A program made the translations under genes and the position numbers. The notes below the pieces were generated by a model that made no database searches, was not told the origin of the DNA, and was given only the letters and a program-made list of their open reading frames with translations. From Candidatus Bathyarchaeota archaeon (GTDB lineage Archaea; Thermoproteota; Bathyarchaeia; TCS64), in contig CAVYLP010000001.1 in the NCBI GenBank assembly GCA_963769425.1, positions 32,001-96,000 of the forward strand: 64,000 bases of DNA, written 5' to 3'. Below, in pieces: positions 62,717-64,000 of the stretch (positions within the stretch are counted from its first letter, which is position 1; each line of letters begins with the position of its first letter).

Positions 62717-62830
62717 TTAGGCGGGTTTCCGAAACAACTTCACGCCGTCCACATCTGTTACATAATCGAAGCAAAGCTCCACGAGTTCAGCAGCATCCTG
62801 TATAGTTCTAACGACTCGCGCGTGCTGCCT
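62717..62830 (-). pseudogene. Integrase C-terminal tail remnant
   Basis: ARVVRTIQDAAELVELCFDYVTDVDGVKLFRK resembles the C-terminal tail of archaeal tRNA-targeting integrases; ends next to the att copy. Confidence 0.5.
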
Positions 62831-63173
62831 TCTCCCGAAATTGGTTAAAGGCGGTCTAAAATGGTTATAAAATACAATTGAACCAAATAAGGCAACAAAT
62901 GAACCCATTTAACATCGAGATGCTGAACCACCTAAGAGACGGTAAACCCAAGGCGCGCCCGTAATTAATCCCTTAGTATTTTCCCATATCCATATAAAAA
63001 TCTCGCCGTTCAAACAGATAGATTGTTCTTCACGTGCAAAGTCTCGATTAATCGCTTAACTCGTGAACTTGTTTCCTATTAATTCGACTTTAAGACGGAC
63101 TCAGCTACGGAGGAACCGTACTCTTCAGTGTTCGTGCACGCAGTCAGAAAAAAACAAGGAAAGAGGGACTCGG

Positions 63174-63383
63174 TTAGCTCGTTACCGGTGTTGTTTCTTC
63201 CCTTAGTTTTTCTAGGTTACTCCTCGCAACTACCTTGAATAATTTCATCTCTATCGATTGGCGATTTTCTCGGATTTTTGTTTCTTGAGCCTTCAGGATA
63301 GCAATTTTTTTACGAAGATTGTCTTCGCTCAAGGTTTGAAGACCCGATTTTAATATAATTTTATATAAGATAAAAGTATCCAT
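63174..63383 (-). CDS. Hypothetical coiled-coil protein
   Basis: Short ORF, heptad-like. Confidence 0.35.
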   Translation of the reverse strand: MDTFILYKIILKSGLQTLSEDNLRKKIAILKAQETKIRENRQSIEMKLFKVVARSNLEKLREETTPVTS

Positions 63384-63587
63384 AAATATTCTAAAAAATA
63401 AACGATTATCCCAAATTCATAGATTCTGTATGAACTGCGGTTCTATACTACCATTAAATTCAAAGTATTGAGGTTTCGCTGCAAGATGCTTATGCGATAA
63501 TTAAATCCCAAATCACACCGGTCATCCTCATTCCATTAATCCAGTGAGGCTCAGGTTGGTTTAGTACTTCGCTTATAAAAGAAGGAA

Positions 63588-63905
63588 TCATCGACTGAAA
63601 TCTGACCTGACTTCAGTAACAGAAATATTTTTCACTTTACCAAAAAGAGACTTGTGACGTTCGATAACCAGACCCCTACGACTTAACTCCTTTTCAATGA
63701 GTGCAATGCCTCTATCACTCCAAAAATAACGACTATTCACAAAATCAACCAGATTACTCCTGCGAAGCGCCCTTCGAATGACCTCCCAATCTGGACGAAT
63801 CCGGCGAGACACATACAAGTTAATGATTTCATCCCTCCAGAAATCGAAGACGTTCCTATCACTCTGGTTGCCAAGCTCTTTTTCCACGTCCTTCGTTAAG
63901 GTCAT
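63588..63905 (-). CDS. Hypothetical protein
   Basis: 105-aa ORF with GAGG upstream. Confidence 0.5.
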   Translation of the reverse strand: MTLTKDVEKELGNQSDRNVFDFWRDEIINLYVSRRIRPDWEVIRRALRRSNLVDFVNSRYFWSDRGIALIEKELSRRGLVIERHKSLFGKVKNISVTEVRSDFSR

Positions 63906-64000
63906 ACAATTTCCGCCTCATTAAGACGATTTTGAGAGAGCTATCGATGCTCTGGTTATCATTAGATGATCGCTGTTTTTAAAAAATGTCTTTTGTGTGA

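Overview
Archaeal chromosomal window, probably Bathyarchaeia (inferred from the gene set: radA, tfb, sui1, gar1, srp19, rps8e, cca, smc-scpAB, many REC/PAS kinases). It holds a housekeeping backbone and four accessory areas. (1) At about 20.6-31.2 kb is a cluster of D-amino-acid/peptide enzymes with bacterial peptidoglycan relatives: a PLP enzyme, a MurL-like PP-loop protein, a Ddl-like ATP-grasp ligase, a GNAT, a gamma-glutamylcyclotransferase, an amidohydrolase, an enolase-family epimerase, a GATase and an intact alanine racemase. (2) At about 8.8-9.06 kb is a strongly structured putative ncRNA/leader upstream of a Myb-like HTH + Zn-ribbon gene. (3) At about 43.6-55.3 kb is an AT-rich signal-transduction island around tRNA-Gln, with duplicated wHTH genes, a shared upstream motif and a 24-bp inverted-repeat element. 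(4) At tRNA-Pro is a decayed integrative element with an att repeat and integrase fragments. Several conserved genes carry single-base frameshifts, most likely long-read assembly errors. All family assignments come from motif recognition by eye; no searches were run.
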